Shown in pieces: positions 1 through 13,332 of a stretch of DNA of 64,000 nt. The notes beneath the pieces were generated by a model. It was not told the DNA's origin. It did not search any database and saw nothing but the letters and a program-made list of their open reading frames with translations. Location: the NCBI RefSeq assembly GCF_003334815.1, contig NZ_QOWO01000005.1; one strand, written 5' to 3'. Position numbers and translations under genes: made by a program. Positions within the stretch are counted from its first letter, which is position 1. Every line of letters begins with the position of its first letter. Origin of the DNA: Escherichia coli. Its GTDB lineage: Bacteria; Pseudomonadota; Gammaproteobacteria; Enterobacterales; Enterobacteriaceae.

Positions 1-1424
1 AACTTCTTATAGAAGATGATCATGAACAGAATAGAAACCAGCAGACCGGCAAGGCAAGCCTCCAGCCCCTGTTCAATGTTCTGCATACCCAGGGTTGGGC
101 CAATGGTACGTTCTTCAACAATCTGAATCGGCGCGATCAACGCACCGGCACGCAGCAGCAGTGACAGCTGACGGGCTTCGTTCGGGTTGTTGATGCCGGT
201 GATACGGAAGCTGTTACCCAGACGAGACTGGATGTTGGCGATGTTAATCACCTCTTCCTGTTTCACCAGAACCGCACGACCATTTGCATCTTTCTTACCG
301 CTGTCTTTGTACTCCACAAACAGGGTTGCCATCGGTTTGCCGATGTTGTCCTTAGTGAAGTTAGACATGATGTTACCACCAGCGCTATCGAGCGAGATGT
401 TAACCTGCGGTTGGTTGTATTCGTCCTGGCTGGAAGTGGAGTCGGTGATATGGTCACCGGTCAGAATTACGCGTTTGTACAGCACAACTGGCTGACCTTC
501 GCGGGTCTGTTTCACTTCAGAGTCGCCCGGTACGCGACCGGATGCCGCAGCGGCCTGGTCAACGTTGGTGTTTACCAGACGGAATTCCAGCGTTGCCGTC
601 GCACCCAGAATCTCTTTCGCACGCGCAGTGTCCTGAATACCTGGCAGTTCAACAACGATACGGTCAGCACCCTGACGCTGAACCACCGGCTCCGCCACGC
701 CAAGTTGGTTTACACGGTTACGCAGGATATTAATGTTCTGCTGCACCGCATATTCACGCGCTTCACTCAGACGAGCATCGCTCATTACCGCACGCAGCTG
801 GTTGCTGCCCTGGCTGCTAATCACCAGGTCCGGATGGCGCTTGCTCAGATACGCAATGGCTTCATCACGAGCTTTAGCATCGCGGAAAGTGATGCTCAGG
901 CCGTAGTTGTTTTCTTTACGAACAGTGGTATACGGGATGCCCTTTTCGCGCAGGTCACTGCGTAGGCTATCGATATTTTGTTCCTGGAGTTTGCCAAGCG
1001 CGGTGTCCATATCCACTTCCATCAGGAAGTGAACGCCGCCACGCAGGTCAAGGCCGAGCTTCATCGGCTCAGCGTGAATAGCTGCCAGCCAGCGCGGCGT
1101 TGCCGGGGCAAGGTTAAGCGCCACGACGTATTTGTCACCCATAACGCCCATTAATGCTTCACGAGCGCGCAACTGGGTGTCAGTGGAGTCGAAGCGCGCA
1201 AGAATAGCGCCCTCTTCCAGTGCCACAGACTTAGCAGTTATTTTTTCTTCTTGTAACGTTTTCTGGACCTGGATCAGCGTTTGCTCACTGGCGGCGACTC
1301 CGCGCGCACCAGTGATCTGAACAGCCGGATCCTCACCAAACAGGTTGGGAAGCGCATACAGCAGACCGATGACAATCACCACGATCAGCATGACGTACTT
1401 CCACAAAGGATAACGGTTTAACAC
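1..1424 (-). CDS. secD: Protein translocase subunit SecD, N-terminal ~475 codons; gene continues beyond window start
   Basis: Reverse complement of 1380-1424 reads GTG TTA AAC CGT TAT CCT TTG TGG AAG TAC = VLNRYPLWKY (SecD N-terminus, GTG start); open frame runs to position 1; synteny with yajC-tgt-queA. Confidence 0.85.
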   Translation of the reverse strand, partial: MLNRYPLWKYVMLIVVIVIGLLYALPNLFGEDPAVQITGARGVAASEQTLIQVQKTLQEEKITAKSVALEEGAILARFDSTDTQLRAREALMGVMGDKYVVALNLAPATPRWLAAIHAEPMKLGLDLRGGVHFLMEVDMDTALGKLQEQNIDSLRSDLREKGIPYTTVRKENNYGLSITFRDAKARDEAIAYLSKRHPDLVISSQGSNQLRAVMSDARLSEAREYAVQQNINILRNRVNQLGVAEPVVQRQGADRIVVELPGIQDTARAKEILGATATLEFRLVNTNVDQAAAASGRVPGDSEVKQTREGQPVVLYKRVILTGDHITDSTSSQDEYNQPQVNISLDSAGGNIMSNFTKDNIGKPMATLFVEYKDSGKKDANGRAVLVKQEEVINIANIQSRLGNSFRITGINNPNEARQLSLLLRAGALIAPIQIVEERTIGPTLGMQNIEQGLEACLAGLLVSILFMIIFYKK

Positions 1425-1451
1425 GGCAATTCCCTTAGGGAAAAATTTTAA

Positions 1452-1784
1452 TTACAGCGCCTTCATGGTGCCTTTCGGCAGGACGGCAGCTACGAAGTCA
1501 CGTTTAATAACTACTTCAGTGGTGTCATTCAGCGCGATAGCAATGTAGCCGTTTTCCGCTACTTTGGTTACGCGACCAACCAGGCCACCGTTCGTCAGAA
1601 CTTCATCACCTTTGGCAATGGAGTCCATCAGCTTTTTGTGTTCTTTGGTGCGCTTCTGCTGTGGACGCAGGATCATGAAATAGAAAATCAGACCGAATAC
1701 CACCAGCATCAAAATCAAAGACATCGGGCTACCTTGCGCCGGTGCACCCGTTGCCGCTACCGCATCAGAAATAAAAAAGCTCAT
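1452..1784 (-). CDS. yajC: Sec translocon accessory subunit YajC (110 aa)
   Basis: ORF 1452..1814(-); recognised N-terminus MSFFISDAVAATGAPAQGSP begins at the second in-frame Met; single TM helix; operon position between tgt and secD. Confidence 0.9.
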   Translation of the reverse strand: MSFFISDAVAATGAPAQGSPMSLILMLVVFGLIFYFMILRPQQKRTKEHKKLMDSIAKGDEVLTNGGLVGRVTKVAENGYIAIALNDTTEVVIKRDFVAAVLPKGTMKAL

Positions 1785-1806
1785 TAAATTTCCCTCATTA
1801 TTAATA

Positions 1807-2949
<1,143 letters not shown>

Positions 2950-2989
2950 TCAGAAAAACAGTCCAACGTTTTAAACCAGCGCCGCGGAA

Positions 2990-4060
2990 TTACTCCCCGA
3001 CGCGCTCATTAATTGCCTGCGGATTGTACGTGATAAACATCGCATCACCGTAACTAAAAAAGCGATATTTCTCTTCTACCGCTGCTTTATAGGCGTTCAT
3101 GGTGTGTTGATAACCGGCAAAGGCCGAAACCAGCATAATCAGCGTCGACTCTGGCAAGTGGAAGTTCGTCACCAGCGCATCGACCACTTTGTACTGGAAG
3201 CCCGGATAGATAAAGATTTGGGTATCGTCGAAGAACGGTTCAATGAGATCGTTTTTCGCTGCCTGAGCCGCGCTTTCCAGCGAACGTACTGAAGTGGTGC
3301 CAACCGCAATCACCCGGTTACCGCGCGCTTTCGCCGCCAGTACCGCGTCTACCACATCCTGCGGTACTTCAGCGTATTCCGAGTGCATGATGTGATCTTC
3401 AATGGTGTCGACGCGCACCGGCTGGAAGGTGCCCGCACCAACGTGCAACGTCACAAACGCCATCTCCACGCCTTTGGCGCGCAATTTTTCCAGCAAAGGC
3501 TCGTCAAAATGCAGACCTGCGGTCGGGGCTGCAACCGCGCCCGGTTTTTCGCTATAAACGGTTTGATAAAGTTCGCGGTCAGCGTCTTCGTCCGGACGGT
3601 CGATATACGGCGGCAGCGGCATATGGCCGATGCTGTTGAGAATATCCAGCACCGAGCGTTCATCATTAAATTCGACTTCAAACAGTGCGCCGTGGCGCGC
3701 GGTCATTGTTGCGTTAATACTTTCGTCATCGCCCAGCAGCAGTTCTGCGCCAGGTTTTGGCGCTTTCGAGGCGCGAATATGCGCAAGAATGCGTTTGTCG
3801 TCGAGCATCCGTTCAACCAGCACTTCAATCTTGCCGCCGCTGGCTTTACGCCCAAACAGGCGCGCCGGGATCACGCGGGTATTATTAAAAACCAGAAGAT
3901 CGCCGGGGTTGAGCTTATCAAGTAAATCGGTGAAAGTACCGTGCGTCAGCGCGCCCGTCGGCCCGTCCAGCGACAGTAAACGACAGCTACTGCGTTCAGG
4001 CATGGGATAGTGGGCAATCAGGGATTCGGGCAATTCAAAGGAGAAATCGGTAACGCGCAT
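2990..4060 (-). CDS. queA: S-adenosylmethionine:tRNA ribosyltransferase-isomerase
   Basis: 356-aa [22 protein letters not shown]; upstream of tgt in the same orientation. Confidence 0.95.
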
Positions 4061-4152
4061 GACACTGACTCAGACTAAAATAAGAGGCGGGTAGTCTAGT
4101 GCCGGGGCGCTCTCCCTGCAACCTTTACCCCCTTTTGGATAGAATATAATCG

Positions 4153-4734
4153 ATGAATTTTTTAGCTCACCTGCATTTAGCCCATCTCGCGGAAAGCTCG
4201 CTTTCCGGCAATTTACTGGCTGATTTCGTACGCGGAAATCCTGAAGAAAGTTTTCCGCCCGACGTCGTGGCTGGCATTCATATGCATCGACGTATCGACG
4301 TATTGACTGACAATCTGCCGGAAGTCCGCGAAGCACGGGAGTGGTTTCGTAGTGAAACGCGCCGCGTTGCGCCTATTACGCTGGATGTCATGTGGGATCA
4401 CTTTCTTTCCCGCCACTGGTCGCAGCTGTCGCCGGACTTTCCGCTACAGGAATTTGTCTGTTATGCCCGCGAGCAAGTGATGACGATTTTGCCGGACTCA
4501 CCGCCACGTTTTATCAATCTGAACAATTACTTGTGGTCAGAGCAGTGGCTGGTGCGCTATCGCGATATGGATTTCATCCAGAACGTGTTAAACGGCATGG
4601 CAAGCCGCCGCCCACGTCTGGATGCCCTGCGTGACTCCTGGTACGATTTAGACGCTCATTATGACGCCCTCGAAACCCGCTTCTGGCAGTTTTATCCGCG
4701 GATGATGGCGCAGGCGTCACGCAAGGCGTTATAA
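4153..4734 (+). CDS. acpH: Acyl carrier protein phosphodiesterase
   Basis: 193-aa [34 protein letters not shown]; divergent from queA. Confidence 0.9.
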   Translation: MNFLAHLHLAHLAESSLSGNLLADFVRGNPEESFPPDVVAGIHMHRRIDVLTDNLPEVREAREWFRSETRRVAPITLDVMWDHFLSRHWSQLSPDFPLQEFVCYAREQVMTILPDSPPRFINLNNYLWSEQWLVRYRDMDFIQNVLNGMASRRPRLDALRDSWYDLDAHYDALETRFWQFYPRMMAQASRKAL

Positions 4735-4738
4735 AACG

Positions 4739-6556
4739 TTAGTTCATCCATACCGTAGCCGAAATGGCAGGCAAAGCCAGAATCCCGTCAGTCAGTTGCC
4801 CATGCCCTTCTTTGCATTGCCATTGCACGGCATTGAGAAACGGTGACGCGGGTAGCACCACTTCACAGGCCTCGCCACGGTTGATTGCCACCAGTACACG
4901 TTGCTGATTCAGCACGCGGACAAATACCACCACGTTATCTTCCGCATACAGCACCTGACAGCCGCCATGACGTAGCGCCTGACTTTTCTTACGCAGCGCA
5001 ATCATTCGCTGGTACAGCGCGAATAACGCCGTATCCTGCTTTTCCACCTGCCAGGGGAACGGTTTACGGCAAAACGGATCGTTTTTGCCATCCAGTCCTA
5101 CTTCATCACCGTAATAAATGCACGGTACACCAGGCCAGGTGAACAGCCAGACCACCGCCAGCGGCAGGCGCGCAATATCCCGACCGAGCAGCGTTTTAAA
5201 TCGCGCAGTATCGTGGCTGTCGAGCTGATTAAACATACGTAATTGTTGTTGATGAGAAAGCCCTGCGCGGTAATTATCCATCCAGGCCATACAGGTTTGG
5301 GCATCAATTTGCTGCGGATCGTAAGAGATATCGGTATTGGCAAGAAATCCCCACAACGGGAATGTGAAGCCACGATAGTTCATGGCGGCATCTTCCACAT
5401 CGGCCTGTAACCATTGCCGTGCATCGCCAAAATGTTCGCCGACAATATACGCTTCCGGCTGGGTTTCTTTCGCCGCTTCGGTGATCCCGGCAACGTGCTG
5501 CATATTATTGCGCGCCCCACCCGCCTCCCCCAGCATATGCACCACATCCAGCCGCCAGCCGTCCATATTCCACGGCGCTTTCAGCCAGTGGCGGACAATA
5601 CTGTCTTCCCCGCGATAAATTTCATTCACCAGACTTTCCGACTGATAATCCAGCTTCGGCAAGCTGGCATAGCCAAGCCAGTCGAGCGCCGTGCCATCAT
5701 CACTAAACGAGTACCAGTCGCGCCAGGGCGATTCGGGGTTGTGACAAGCACCACCCGTGCCACGATTATGCCTGTCAAACCAGGCATGGGAATCGCCACT
5801 GTGGTTAAACACGCCGTCCAGCACCAGCCGCATTCCCAGCTGCTGCGTATTGTGTCGCAAACGCAGCAACGCCCCATCACCGCCAAACTGCGGATCGACA
5901 TGGCGATAATCCTCGGTATCGTATTTATGTACGCTGGGAGCTTTAAACACCGGATTGAGATACAGCGCTGTCACGCCAAGCTTTTTCAGATACGGCAGTT
6001 TTTCGCTTATCCCGTCCAGATCGCCGCCATAGAACGTTGATCCGCCCGCCTGCGCCGTGACCGGTTCATCCCAGTCACGCAAGATGATCTCTTGTCCGGC
6101 TGCATGATGGTAATAGACATGATCCTGTTCAGCTTCACGAGGAAGACTACGCGCAAAACGATCAGGGAAGATCTGATAAAAAATCTGATCCGCAGCCCAT
6201 TGTGGGCCGATATCCGGTACATCGACGGCAAACTGCTCCAGTCGTGCCGGCGGCATTCGGCTGAAGCCCTGCGGTGTAAACCAACGCTGGCGATCGTGCC
6301 ACAGCAGTTTGAAACTGTAACGCCGCCGGGGTTGTCCGCTGGAGAGATCAATCGCCGCACGCCATGCGGTGACGCCAGGCTGCGGCTGACTGCGCTGCTT
6401 ATGCATCGGTACTGACATTTCTTCGTTATCGTGTTCTGTACGCAGCATAATGCGCTGCGGTGGGTCTTCGCCCGTCAGCCACAGTGTAATGAGCAGTTGA
6501 TCTTTGCTTTGTTTAACAAATGGGGGCACCGGCAGGTGCCATGCATTTAACATCAT
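4739..6556 (-). CDS. malZ: Maltodextrin glucosidase (GH13 family)
   Basis: 605-aa ORF; GH13 hallmarks ([22 protein letters not shown]); start may be the second Met. Confidence 0.9.
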
Positions 6557-6629
6557 AATTCCCCTGTGATGAAAATCTGATCACCTTGCCATAGCCTAAT
6601 GCAGGATCACTCATCATCTGAAGGATATT

Positions 6630-6650
6630 TGGGGGAGGAGGACGGGGGCG
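6630..6650 (-). promoter_or_regulatory. Candidate MalT-box region upstream of malZ (overlapping GGAGGA repeats)
   Basis: GGGGGAGGAGGACGGGGG about 75-95 nt upstream of the malZ start; MalT box consensus GGA(T/G)GA. Confidence 0.3.
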
Positions 6651-6667
6651 GATAACTTTCGGAATAG

Positions 6668-6694
6668 CCGGATCAGGATTTCCTCCTGAACCGG
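6668..6694 (-). terminator. Putative proY terminator hairpin (11-bp stem, 1 mismatch)
   Basis: ccggatcagga / tcctgaaccgg inverted repeat just downstream of the proY stop; weak U-tract. Confidence 0.3.
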
Positions 6695-6711
6695 CTTACA
6701 GAACGCAAGGA

Positions 6712-8085
6712 TTACTGGTTTTCAGCCAGCTGACGATCGTGGCGGCGTTTAAACATCCAGCCAATCAACAGCACAACAATCCACGCGAAACCGACATACA
6801 GCGAGATACGCGTATCCGGGTGATAACCAATCAACCCGATAATAAAGAGCAGGAAAATCAGCCCGCCGATGGTCGTTGCTACCCCACCCGGCACTTTAAA
6901 TTTCAGCGCCTTAACTTCTTCTGGCGGCAAACGGCGACGGAAGGCAATTTGCGACAGCAGGATCATAATCCACACCCACACCGTGGCGAAGGTTGCCAGC
7001 GAAGCGATCACCAGGAAGACGTTTTCCGGCATGATGTAGTTCAGATACACCGCAAACAGCAGCGCGGTAGTCATCACCAGCACCGTAACCCACGGAATAC
7101 CGCGACGCGACGTTTTGCTGAAAATTTTCGGCGCGCTGCCCTGCTCTGCCATACCGTGGAGCATACGGCCTACGCCAAATACATCACTGTTAATTGCCGA
7201 CAGCGAAGCAGTCAGCACAACAAAGTTAAGAATGCTGGCGGCAAAGGTAATGCCCATATGCTGGAACGTCAGCACGAACGGGCTACCGGCAGTGCCAACC
7301 TGATTCCACGGGTAGATAGACATAATGACGAACAGCGTACCGACGTAGAACACCAGAATACGCATCGGCACGGAGTTAATCGCACGCGGTATCGATTTCT
7401 CAGGATCTTTCGCTTCACCGGCGGTAATCCCGATAATTTCGATCCCACCGTAAGCAAACATCACCATTTGCAACGACATTACCATGCCAAGCCAGCCGTT
7501 ACTGAAGAAGCCGCCGTTGCTCCACAGGTTATGAATACCGGTCGGTTGCCCGCCGTTGCCAATCCCCCAGATGATGATGCCGAAACCGGCGACAATCATG
7601 ATGATGATGGTGGCGACTTTAAAGAACGAGAACCAGAATTCCAGCTCACCGAATACCTTCACGCTCATCAGGTTTACGGCGCAAATGATCAGCACCACGC
7701 TCAGTACCCAAATCCAGTGCGGCACCGTCGGGAACCAGACACCCATATAGATACCAAAAGCGGTCACATCGGCGATGGCGACAATAAGGATTTCAAAGCA
7801 GTAGGTCCAGCCGGTAATGTAACCTGCCAGCGGGCCGAGGTTTTCCTGCGCATAACGCGAGAAAGAGCTGGCGGCCGGGTTATGTACCGACATTTCCCCC
7901 AGCGCACGCATAATGATATACGCCGCGATACCACCGATAATATAGGCCAACAACACGCTCGGACCGGCCATTTTGATGGCGTCTGCCGAACCGTAAAACA
8001 GCCCGGTGCCAATTGCTGAACCCAGTGCCATAAAGCGTATGTGGCGGGTACTTAGCCCACGCTTTAGCTTGTTCTTACTTTCCAT
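6712..8085 (-). CDS. proY: Proline-specific permease (APC family amino acid transporter)
   Basis: 458-aa [36 protein letters not shown], 12-TM hydrophobic profile. Confidence 0.9.
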   Translation of the reverse strand: MESKNKLKRGLSTRHIRFMALGSAIGTGLFYGSADAIKMAGPSVLLAYIIGGIAAYIIMRALGEMSVHNPAASSFSRYAQENLGPLAGYITGWTYCFEILIVAIADVTAFGIYMGVWFPTVPHWIWVLSVVLIICAVNLMSVKVFGELEFWFSFFKVATIIIMIVAGFGIIIWGIGNGGQPTGIHNLWSNGGFFSNGWLGMVMSLQMVMFAYGGIEIIGITAGEAKDPEKSIPRAINSVPMRILVFYVGTLFVIMSIYPWNQVGTAGSPFVLTFQHMGITFAASILNFVVLTASLSAINSDVFGVGRMLHGMAEQGSAPKIFSKTSRRGIPWVTVLVMTTALLFAVYLNYIMPENVFLVIASLATFATVWVWIMILLSQIAFRRRLPPEEVKALKFKVPGGVATTIGGLIFLLFIIGLIGYHPDTRISLYVGFAWIVVLLIGWMFKRRHDRQLAENQ

Positions 8086-8107
8086 CAATTCCTAACCCAT
8101 CAACACA

Positions 8108-8140
8108 ATAAAAAACCACGGGGCATCGCAGCCCCGTGGT
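8108..8140 (-). terminator. Rho-independent terminator downstream of brnQ
   Basis: Minus strand reads ccacggggc-tgcgat-gccccgtgg followed by a T-run (plus strand aaaaaaccacggggcatcgcagccccgtgg). Confidence 0.7.
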
Positions 8141-8160
8141 TAAAACAAATGTTCAGTGAT

Positions 8161-9480
8161 TTAGTGAGCGCTGGAGGTCACCTGACGACCTGCCGCGCGA
8201 TCCCAGATAATGGCCAGAACCACCATCACCACTGTTGGCATTAACCACGCCAGACCTTGTTCGGCCAGCGGTAAACGCTGCGCCCAGGACGGTAAGATAT
8301 CGCTGAATGCAGATGCTTTGATCCCGTCGAGAATACCAAAAAGCAGGCTGATAAACATCGGCGGAGCAATCACGCGGGACGAATTATGCCACCATGAGCG
8401 TGTAAAACTTAATACAACCAGTGCGATACACGGCGGATAAATAGCGGTCAGCACCGGTACGGAGATCTGGATCAGCTGGCTTAAGCCGAGGTTAGAAACC
8501 ACCATCGAGAAGCCGCCGAGGATAAACACCAGCGTACGATAAGAGAGCGGTACGTACTGGGCAAAGAATTCTGCACAAGCACAGGTCAGGCCAACTGCCG
8601 TTACCAGGCAGGCGATGAAGATTAACGCCGCCAGCAGGAAGCTACCGCCGCCGCCAAAGGTGTGCTGAACGTAAGCATGCAGAATAGCAGCGCCGTTTGC
8701 AGACTGATCGACCAGCGACGCGCTGTCTGACCCCAGACGGAACAGCGCCAGGTACAGCAGAGTCAGACCAACACCCGCCATCAGGCCAGCCCAGACGGTA
8801 TAACGGGTCAGCAGACGCGCTTCGGTAACGCCACGAGAACGCGCCGCGTTAACAATAACGATACCAAACACCATTGCGCCCAGCGTATCCATGGTCAGAT
8901 AGCCGTTAACGAAGCCGTTAGAAAACGCAGCGTTTTGATAAGCCTCAGTCGCCGTGCTGATAGAACCCGCCGGCCAGACAATAGCGGCAACAGACAGGAT
9001 GACCAGCGCGATAATTTTCAGCGGCGCAAGGAAGTTGCCCACGGTATCCAGCAGCTTGCCCGGATAGAGCGAAACCAGAATAACGATAGCGAAATAGACC
9101 AGGCTGTAGATAAACAGCGGCAGCGCGGAATCACCCGTCAGCGGCGCAATCCCCACTTCAAAGGAAACGGTAGCTGTACGCGGCGTAGCGAAAAGCGGCC
9201 CCACCGCCAGGTAACAAACCGTTGCCAGCAGTACGCCAGCGACTTTACCGATTGGCGTGCTGAGGCTGTCAACACCGCCGCCAACTTTTGCCAGCGCCAC
9301 TACCGTTAATACCGGCAGGCCAACGGCAGTAATGAGGAAGCCGAATGCCGCAGTCCAGACGTGTTCGCCTGCCTGTAAGCCGACCATTGGAGGGAAAATA
9401 ATGTTACCTGCGCCGACGAACAACGCAAATGTCATAAAGCCCAGAGCGATGATATCGCGCGATCTTAATTGATGGGTCAT
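8161..9480 (-). CDS. brnQ: Branched-chain amino acid transport system 2 carrier
   Basis: 439-aa [37 protein letters not shown] (LIVCS family). Confidence 0.9.
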   Translation of the reverse strand: MTHQLRSRDIIALGFMTFALFVGAGNIIFPPMVGLQAGEHVWTAAFGFLITAVGLPVLTVVALAKVGGGVDSLSTPIGKVAGVLLATVCYLAVGPLFATPRTATVSFEVGIAPLTGDSALPLFIYSLVYFAIVILVSLYPGKLLDTVGNFLAPLKIIALVILSVAAIVWPAGSISTATEAYQNAAFSNGFVNGYLTMDTLGAMVFGIVIVNAARSRGVTEARLLTRYTVWAGLMAGVGLTLLYLALFRLGSDSASLVDQSANGAAILHAYVQHTFGGGGSFLLAALIFIACLVTAVGLTCACAEFFAQYVPLSYRTLVFILGGFSMVVSNLGLSQLIQISVPVLTAIYPPCIALVVLSFTRSWWHNSSRVIAPPMFISLLFGILDGIKASAFSDILPSWAQRLPLAEQGLAWLMPTVVMVVLAIIWDRAAGRQVTSSAH

Positions 9481-9834
9481 AAATCATACTGCCTGTGGAT
9501 GTGGTGTTGTAACGTTAAATTTTTGTGCCAATCCCTGGGGATGATACAGCGGTATATTTAAACAATTTTAGCGGGAAATACTCCCAACCAGGCGCGGCGA
9601 AGAATAGTTTTTCGATTTACCGCGTTAATGCAGTCAGTATGACAGCACCTGAAGCGCAATTTAAACGCTTATAACGTTTTAAAGCAAGGAGGGATCTAAA
9701 AACCAGAGGTATATAGCGATAAGAAATCACCAACCAGTATAAAACACTATTTCCGTGAAAAAGACATGGCTAATCATGCGAACAAAAAATCACCAACCGT
9801 TGTAAAATCTAACGCCCGTATTTTGACTGCAAAG

Positions 9835-9860
9835 AAAATAAGCCAGCATCGACTGGCTTA
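9835..9860 (-). terminator. Putative phoR terminator hairpin
   Basis: agccag-catcga-ctggct inverted repeat immediately 3' of the phoR stop, T-rich on the minus strand. Confidence 0.45.
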
Positions 9861-9886
9861 TGGCAATAAAAGATGACAAAGGCGGA

Positions 9887-11182
9887 TTAATCGCTGTTTT
9901 TGGCAATTAAACGTTCCGGGATAACAAAACTGAAACGTGTTCCTTTTCCTACTGTACTCTCAATATTCAGGCGACTTTCGTGATGATTCACAGCATGTTT
10001 CACGATCGCTAACCCTAATCCGCTACCGCCGGTTTGCCGGGAACGCGCTTTATCAACGCGATAAAAACGCTCGGTCAGGCGCGGAATATGCTCCGGTGCA
10101 ATGCCCGGTCCGTTATCTTCAACGCTAAATTCGGCACCGTGCGGCACTCGCTGCCAGCGTACGGTGATATGCGTGCCTTCCGGCGTATGATTCACGGCGT
10201 TATAGACCAGGTTCGAAATCGCACTGCGTAGCTGATTTTCGTTGCCAGACACCTTGAGGCCGTTATCTATCTCAAAGGTAAATGTCTGTTTTTTCTGACT
10301 CAGAGTCTGAGCCTCGCGCTCAACAACGCGCAGCATCATCGGCACATCAACCTTTTCATTGAGCAAATGCGTCGGTGCGGCTTCTATTTTCGACAGCGTC
10401 AGCAATTGCTTCACCAGTCCTTCCATCCGCTGGGTCTGCTCGCGCATGGTGTGCAACGCTTTTTCGCGTACCGCGCCTTCCAGCGGCTGCTCATTCATCA
10501 TCTCCAGGTAACCCTGTAACACGGTCAATGGCGTACGTAACTCATGGCTCACGTTGGCAAAAAAGTTACGCCGCGCCCCTTCCAGTTGATGCATTTGCGT
10601 GACATCACGCGCCACCATCAGCAACTGTTTGTGGGTATAAGGCATGACGCGAATTTCCAGATGCCGCCCGGTGTTGAGCACCAGATTGAGCGGGCGAGAA
10701 AAATCACGCGTTTTCAGATATTGCGTAAACTCCGGGTAACGCAGTAGGTTAAGGATGTTCTGCCCGTTATCTTCCGGCCAGCGCAAACCAAGAATTTGTT
10801 GCGCCAGACCGTTACACCAGAAAATACCGCCCTCTTCCGTGGTCAGCACCACCGCGTCGGGCAGCGACTCCGCGCCGCTACGAAAGCGTTTAATCAGATT
10901 GCCCAGTTCACGGCGGCGTTTTTTATTTCGCAGCTGCATCTGGTGTAAGCCGTATAGTAGCGGTTCCCAGCTACCACGCCCCGGTGGCGGGGTCATACTG
11001 CGATCCACCCACAGCCACCATGAAAGGCGCAATAAATTCCAGAAATGCCAGATAAGCAGTCCTGTTACCGATGCCAGCAAAAACCAGGGCAGGTAACCAA
11101 AAAATGCACCCAGGATGAAAGCCGGGAGGCAGCAAAGTAGCAGCTCCAGCACCAGCCTTTTCCACGACAGCCGTTCCAGCAC
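9887..11182 (-). CDS. phoR: Phosphate regulon sensor histidine kinase
   Basis: 431-aa ORF; H-box ([11 protein letters not shown]) and HATPase motifs (GSGLGLAIV). Confidence 0.95.
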   Translation of the reverse strand: MLERLSWKRLVLELLLCCLPAFILGAFFGYLPWFLLASVTGLLIWHFWNLLRLSWWLWVDRSMTPPPGRGSWEPLLYGLHQMQLRNKKRRRELGNLIKRFRSGAESLPDAVVLTTEEGGIFWCNGLAQQILGLRWPEDNGQNILNLLRYPEFTQYLKTRDFSRPLNLVLNTGRHLEIRVMPYTHKQLLMVARDVTQMHQLEGARRNFFANVSHELRTPLTVLQGYLEMMNEQPLEGAVREKALHTMREQTQRMEGLVKQLLTLSKIEAAPTHLLNEKVDVPMMLRVVEREAQTLSQKKQTFTFEIDNGLKVSGNENQLRSAISNLVYNAVNHTPEGTHITVRWQRVPHGAEFSVEDNGPGIAPEHIPRLTERFYRVDKARSRQTGGSGLGLAIVKHAVNHHESRLNIESTVGKGTRFSFVIPERLIAKNSD

Positions 11183-11239
11183 GTAAGATACTCCAGTTAA
11201 GAAATCATAAGCCCTGCTCTGCGTCCGATGAGCAAGGCG

Positions 11240-11929
11240 TTAAAAGCGGGTTGAAAAACGATATCCTGTACCGCGCACGGTCTGCACCATGCGGTCATGC
11301 CCGCCGGGCTCCAGTGCTTTACGCAGGCGACGAATGTGGACATCGACCGTGCGGTCTTCCACATACACGTTAGTTCCCCAGACGTGGTTTAACAGCTGCT
11401 CGCGGCTGTACACGCGCTCAGGATGCGTCATAAAAAAGTGCAGCAGTTTAAATTCTGTCGGCCCCATCTCCAGCGGCTCTTCGCCCGCCATCACTCGGTG
11501 AGATGTCGGGTCGAGACTTAATCCCTGCATCTCAATCACCTCTTCCACCGCCATTGGCGAAATACGGCGCATTACCGCTTTGATTCGCGCCACCAGCTCC
11601 TTCGGCGAAAACGGCTTGGTGATATAGTCATCCGCGCCGGTTTCAAGGCCGCGCACGCGATCTTCTTCTTCCCCTCTGGCGGTCAACATCACCACTGGAA
11701 TATCCCGGGTCATCGACTCGCGCTTGAGGTGTTTGATGAACTGGATACCGGAGCCGCCAGGTAACATCCAGTCAAGGAGAATTAAATCCGGCCAGGGTTC
11801 ATTCAGTTGATTCACAGCACTGTCATAATCTTCCGCTTCGACCGGCTGAAAGCCATTTTGTTCGAGCACGAAGCAGACCATTTCGCGAATTGGAGCTTCA
11901 TCTTCTACGACCAGAATACGTCTCGCCAT
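11240..11929 (-). CDS. phoB: Phosphate regulon response regulator
   Basis: 229-aa [30 protein letters not shown]; OmpR-family winged helix. Confidence 0.95.
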
Positions 11930-11980
11930 GATTTGCCCTGTTGTAATAAATAGGTTGCGATCATTAATGCGACGTCATTA

Positions 11981-12023
11981 TGCGTCAGATTTATGACAGA
12001 TTTATGACAGATTTATGAAAAGC
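11981..12023 (-). promoter_or_regulatory. Tandem Pho boxes of the phoBR promoter
   Basis: Minus strand reads ttcataaatCTGTCATAaatCTGTCATAaatCTGacgca; matches the PhoB consensus CTGTCATA(A/T)A(T/A)CTGTCA. Confidence 0.8.
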
Positions 12024-12129
12024 TCGTCGCACATATCTTCAGGTTATTGATTTCCGTGGCGCAGAAAAAAGCAAATGGCACATCTGTTTGGGTATAATCG
12101 CGCCCATGCTTTTTCGCCAGGGAACCGTT

Positions 12130-13332
12130 ATGCGCATCCTTCACACCTCAGACTGGCATCTCGGCCAGAACTTCTACAGTAAAAGCCGCGAAGCTGAACA
12201 TCAGGCTTTTCTTGACTGGCTGCTGGAGACAGCACAAACCCATCAGGTGGATGCGATTATTGTTGCCGGTGATGTTTTCGATACCGGCTCGCCGCCCAGT
12301 TACGCCCGCACGTTATACAACCGTTTTGTTGTCAATTTACAGCAAACTGGCTGTCATCTGGTGGTACTGGCAGGAAACCATGACTCGGTCGCCACGCTGA
12401 ATGAATCGCGCGATATCATGGCGTTCCTCAATACTACCGTGGTCGCCAGCGCCGGACATGCGCCGCAAATCTTGCCTCGTCGCGACGGGACGCCAGGCGC
12501 AGTGCTGTGCCCCATTCCGTTTTTACGTCCGCGTGACATTATTACCAGCCAGGCGGGGCTTAACGGTATTGAAAAACAGCAGCATTTACTGGCAGCGATT
12601 ACCGATTATTACCAACAACACTATGCCGATGCCTGCAAACTGCGCGGCGATCAGCCTCTGCCCATCATCGCCACGGGACATTTAACGACCGTGGGGGCCA
12701 GTAAAAGTGACGCCGTGCGTGACATTTATATTGGCACGCTGGACGCGTTTCCGGCACAAAACTTTCCACCAGCCGACTACATCGCGCTCGGGCATATTCA
12801 CCGCGCACAGATTATTGGCGGCATGGAACATGTTCGCTATTGCGGCTCCCCCATTCCACTGAGTTTTGATGAATGCGGTAAGAGTAAATATGTCCATCTG
12901 GTGACATTTTCAAACGGCAAATTAGAGAGCGTGGAAAACCTGAACGTACCGGTAACGCAACCCATGGCAGTGCTGAAAGGCGATCTGGCGTCGATTACCG
13001 CACAGCTGGAACAGTGGCGCGATGTATCGCAGGAGCCACCTGTCTGGCTGGATATCGAAATCACTACTGATGAGTATCTGCATGATATTCAGCGCAAAAT
13101 CCAGGCATTAACCGAATCATTGCCTGTCGAAGTATTGCTGGTACGTCGGAGTCGTGAACAGCGCGAGCGTGTGTTAGCCAGCCAACAGCGTGAAACCCTC
13201 AGCGAACTCAGCGTCGAAGAGGTGTTCAATCGCCGTCTGGCACTGGAAGAACTGGATGAATCGCAGCAGCAACGTCTGCAGCATCTTTTCACCACGACGT
13301 TGCATACCCTCGCCGGAGAACACGAAGCATGA
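12130..13332 (+). CDS. sbcD: SbcCD nuclease, nuclease subunit D (Mre11-like)
   Basis: Recognised N-terminus [13 protein letters not shown] (ATG at 12130; the ORF track begins upstream at 12088); calcineurin-like phosphoesterase motifs. Confidence 0.9.
   Translation: MRILHTSDWHLGQNFYSKSREAEHQAFLDWLLETAQTHQVDAIIVAGDVFDTGSPPSYARTLYNRFVVNLQQTGCHLVVLAGNHDSVATLNESRDIMAFLNTTVVASAGHAPQILPRRDGTPGAVLCPIPFLRPRDIITSQAGLNGIEKQQHLLAAITDYYQQHYADACKLRGDQPLPIIATGHLTTVGASKSDAVRDIYIGTLDAFPAQNFPPADYIALGHIHRAQIIGGMEHVRYCGSPIPLSFDECGKSKYVHLVTFSNGKLESVENLNVPVTQPMAVLKGDLASITAQLEQWRDVSQEPPVWLDIEITTDEYLHDIQRKIQALTESLPVEVLLVRRSREQRERVLASQQRETLSELSVEEVFNRRLALEELDESQQQRLQHLFTTTLHTLAGEHEA

Noticed and set aside
411-965. 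184-aa plus-strand ORF
   Set aside because: Lies inside and antisense to the secD coding region.
6739-8019. 426-aa ORF on the plus strand
   Set aside because: It is antisense to proY, whose product has a clean 12-TM transporter profile and a recognised N-terminus. The antisense product is low-complexity (His/Arg/Asp/Gln-rich) and is a frame artefact.
12088-12129. Upstream extension of sbcD suggested by the ORF track (start at 12088)
   Set aside because: The recognised SbcD N-terminus [13 protein letters not shown] starts at ATG 12130. The upstream codons overlap the phoB promoter region and are unlikely to be translated.
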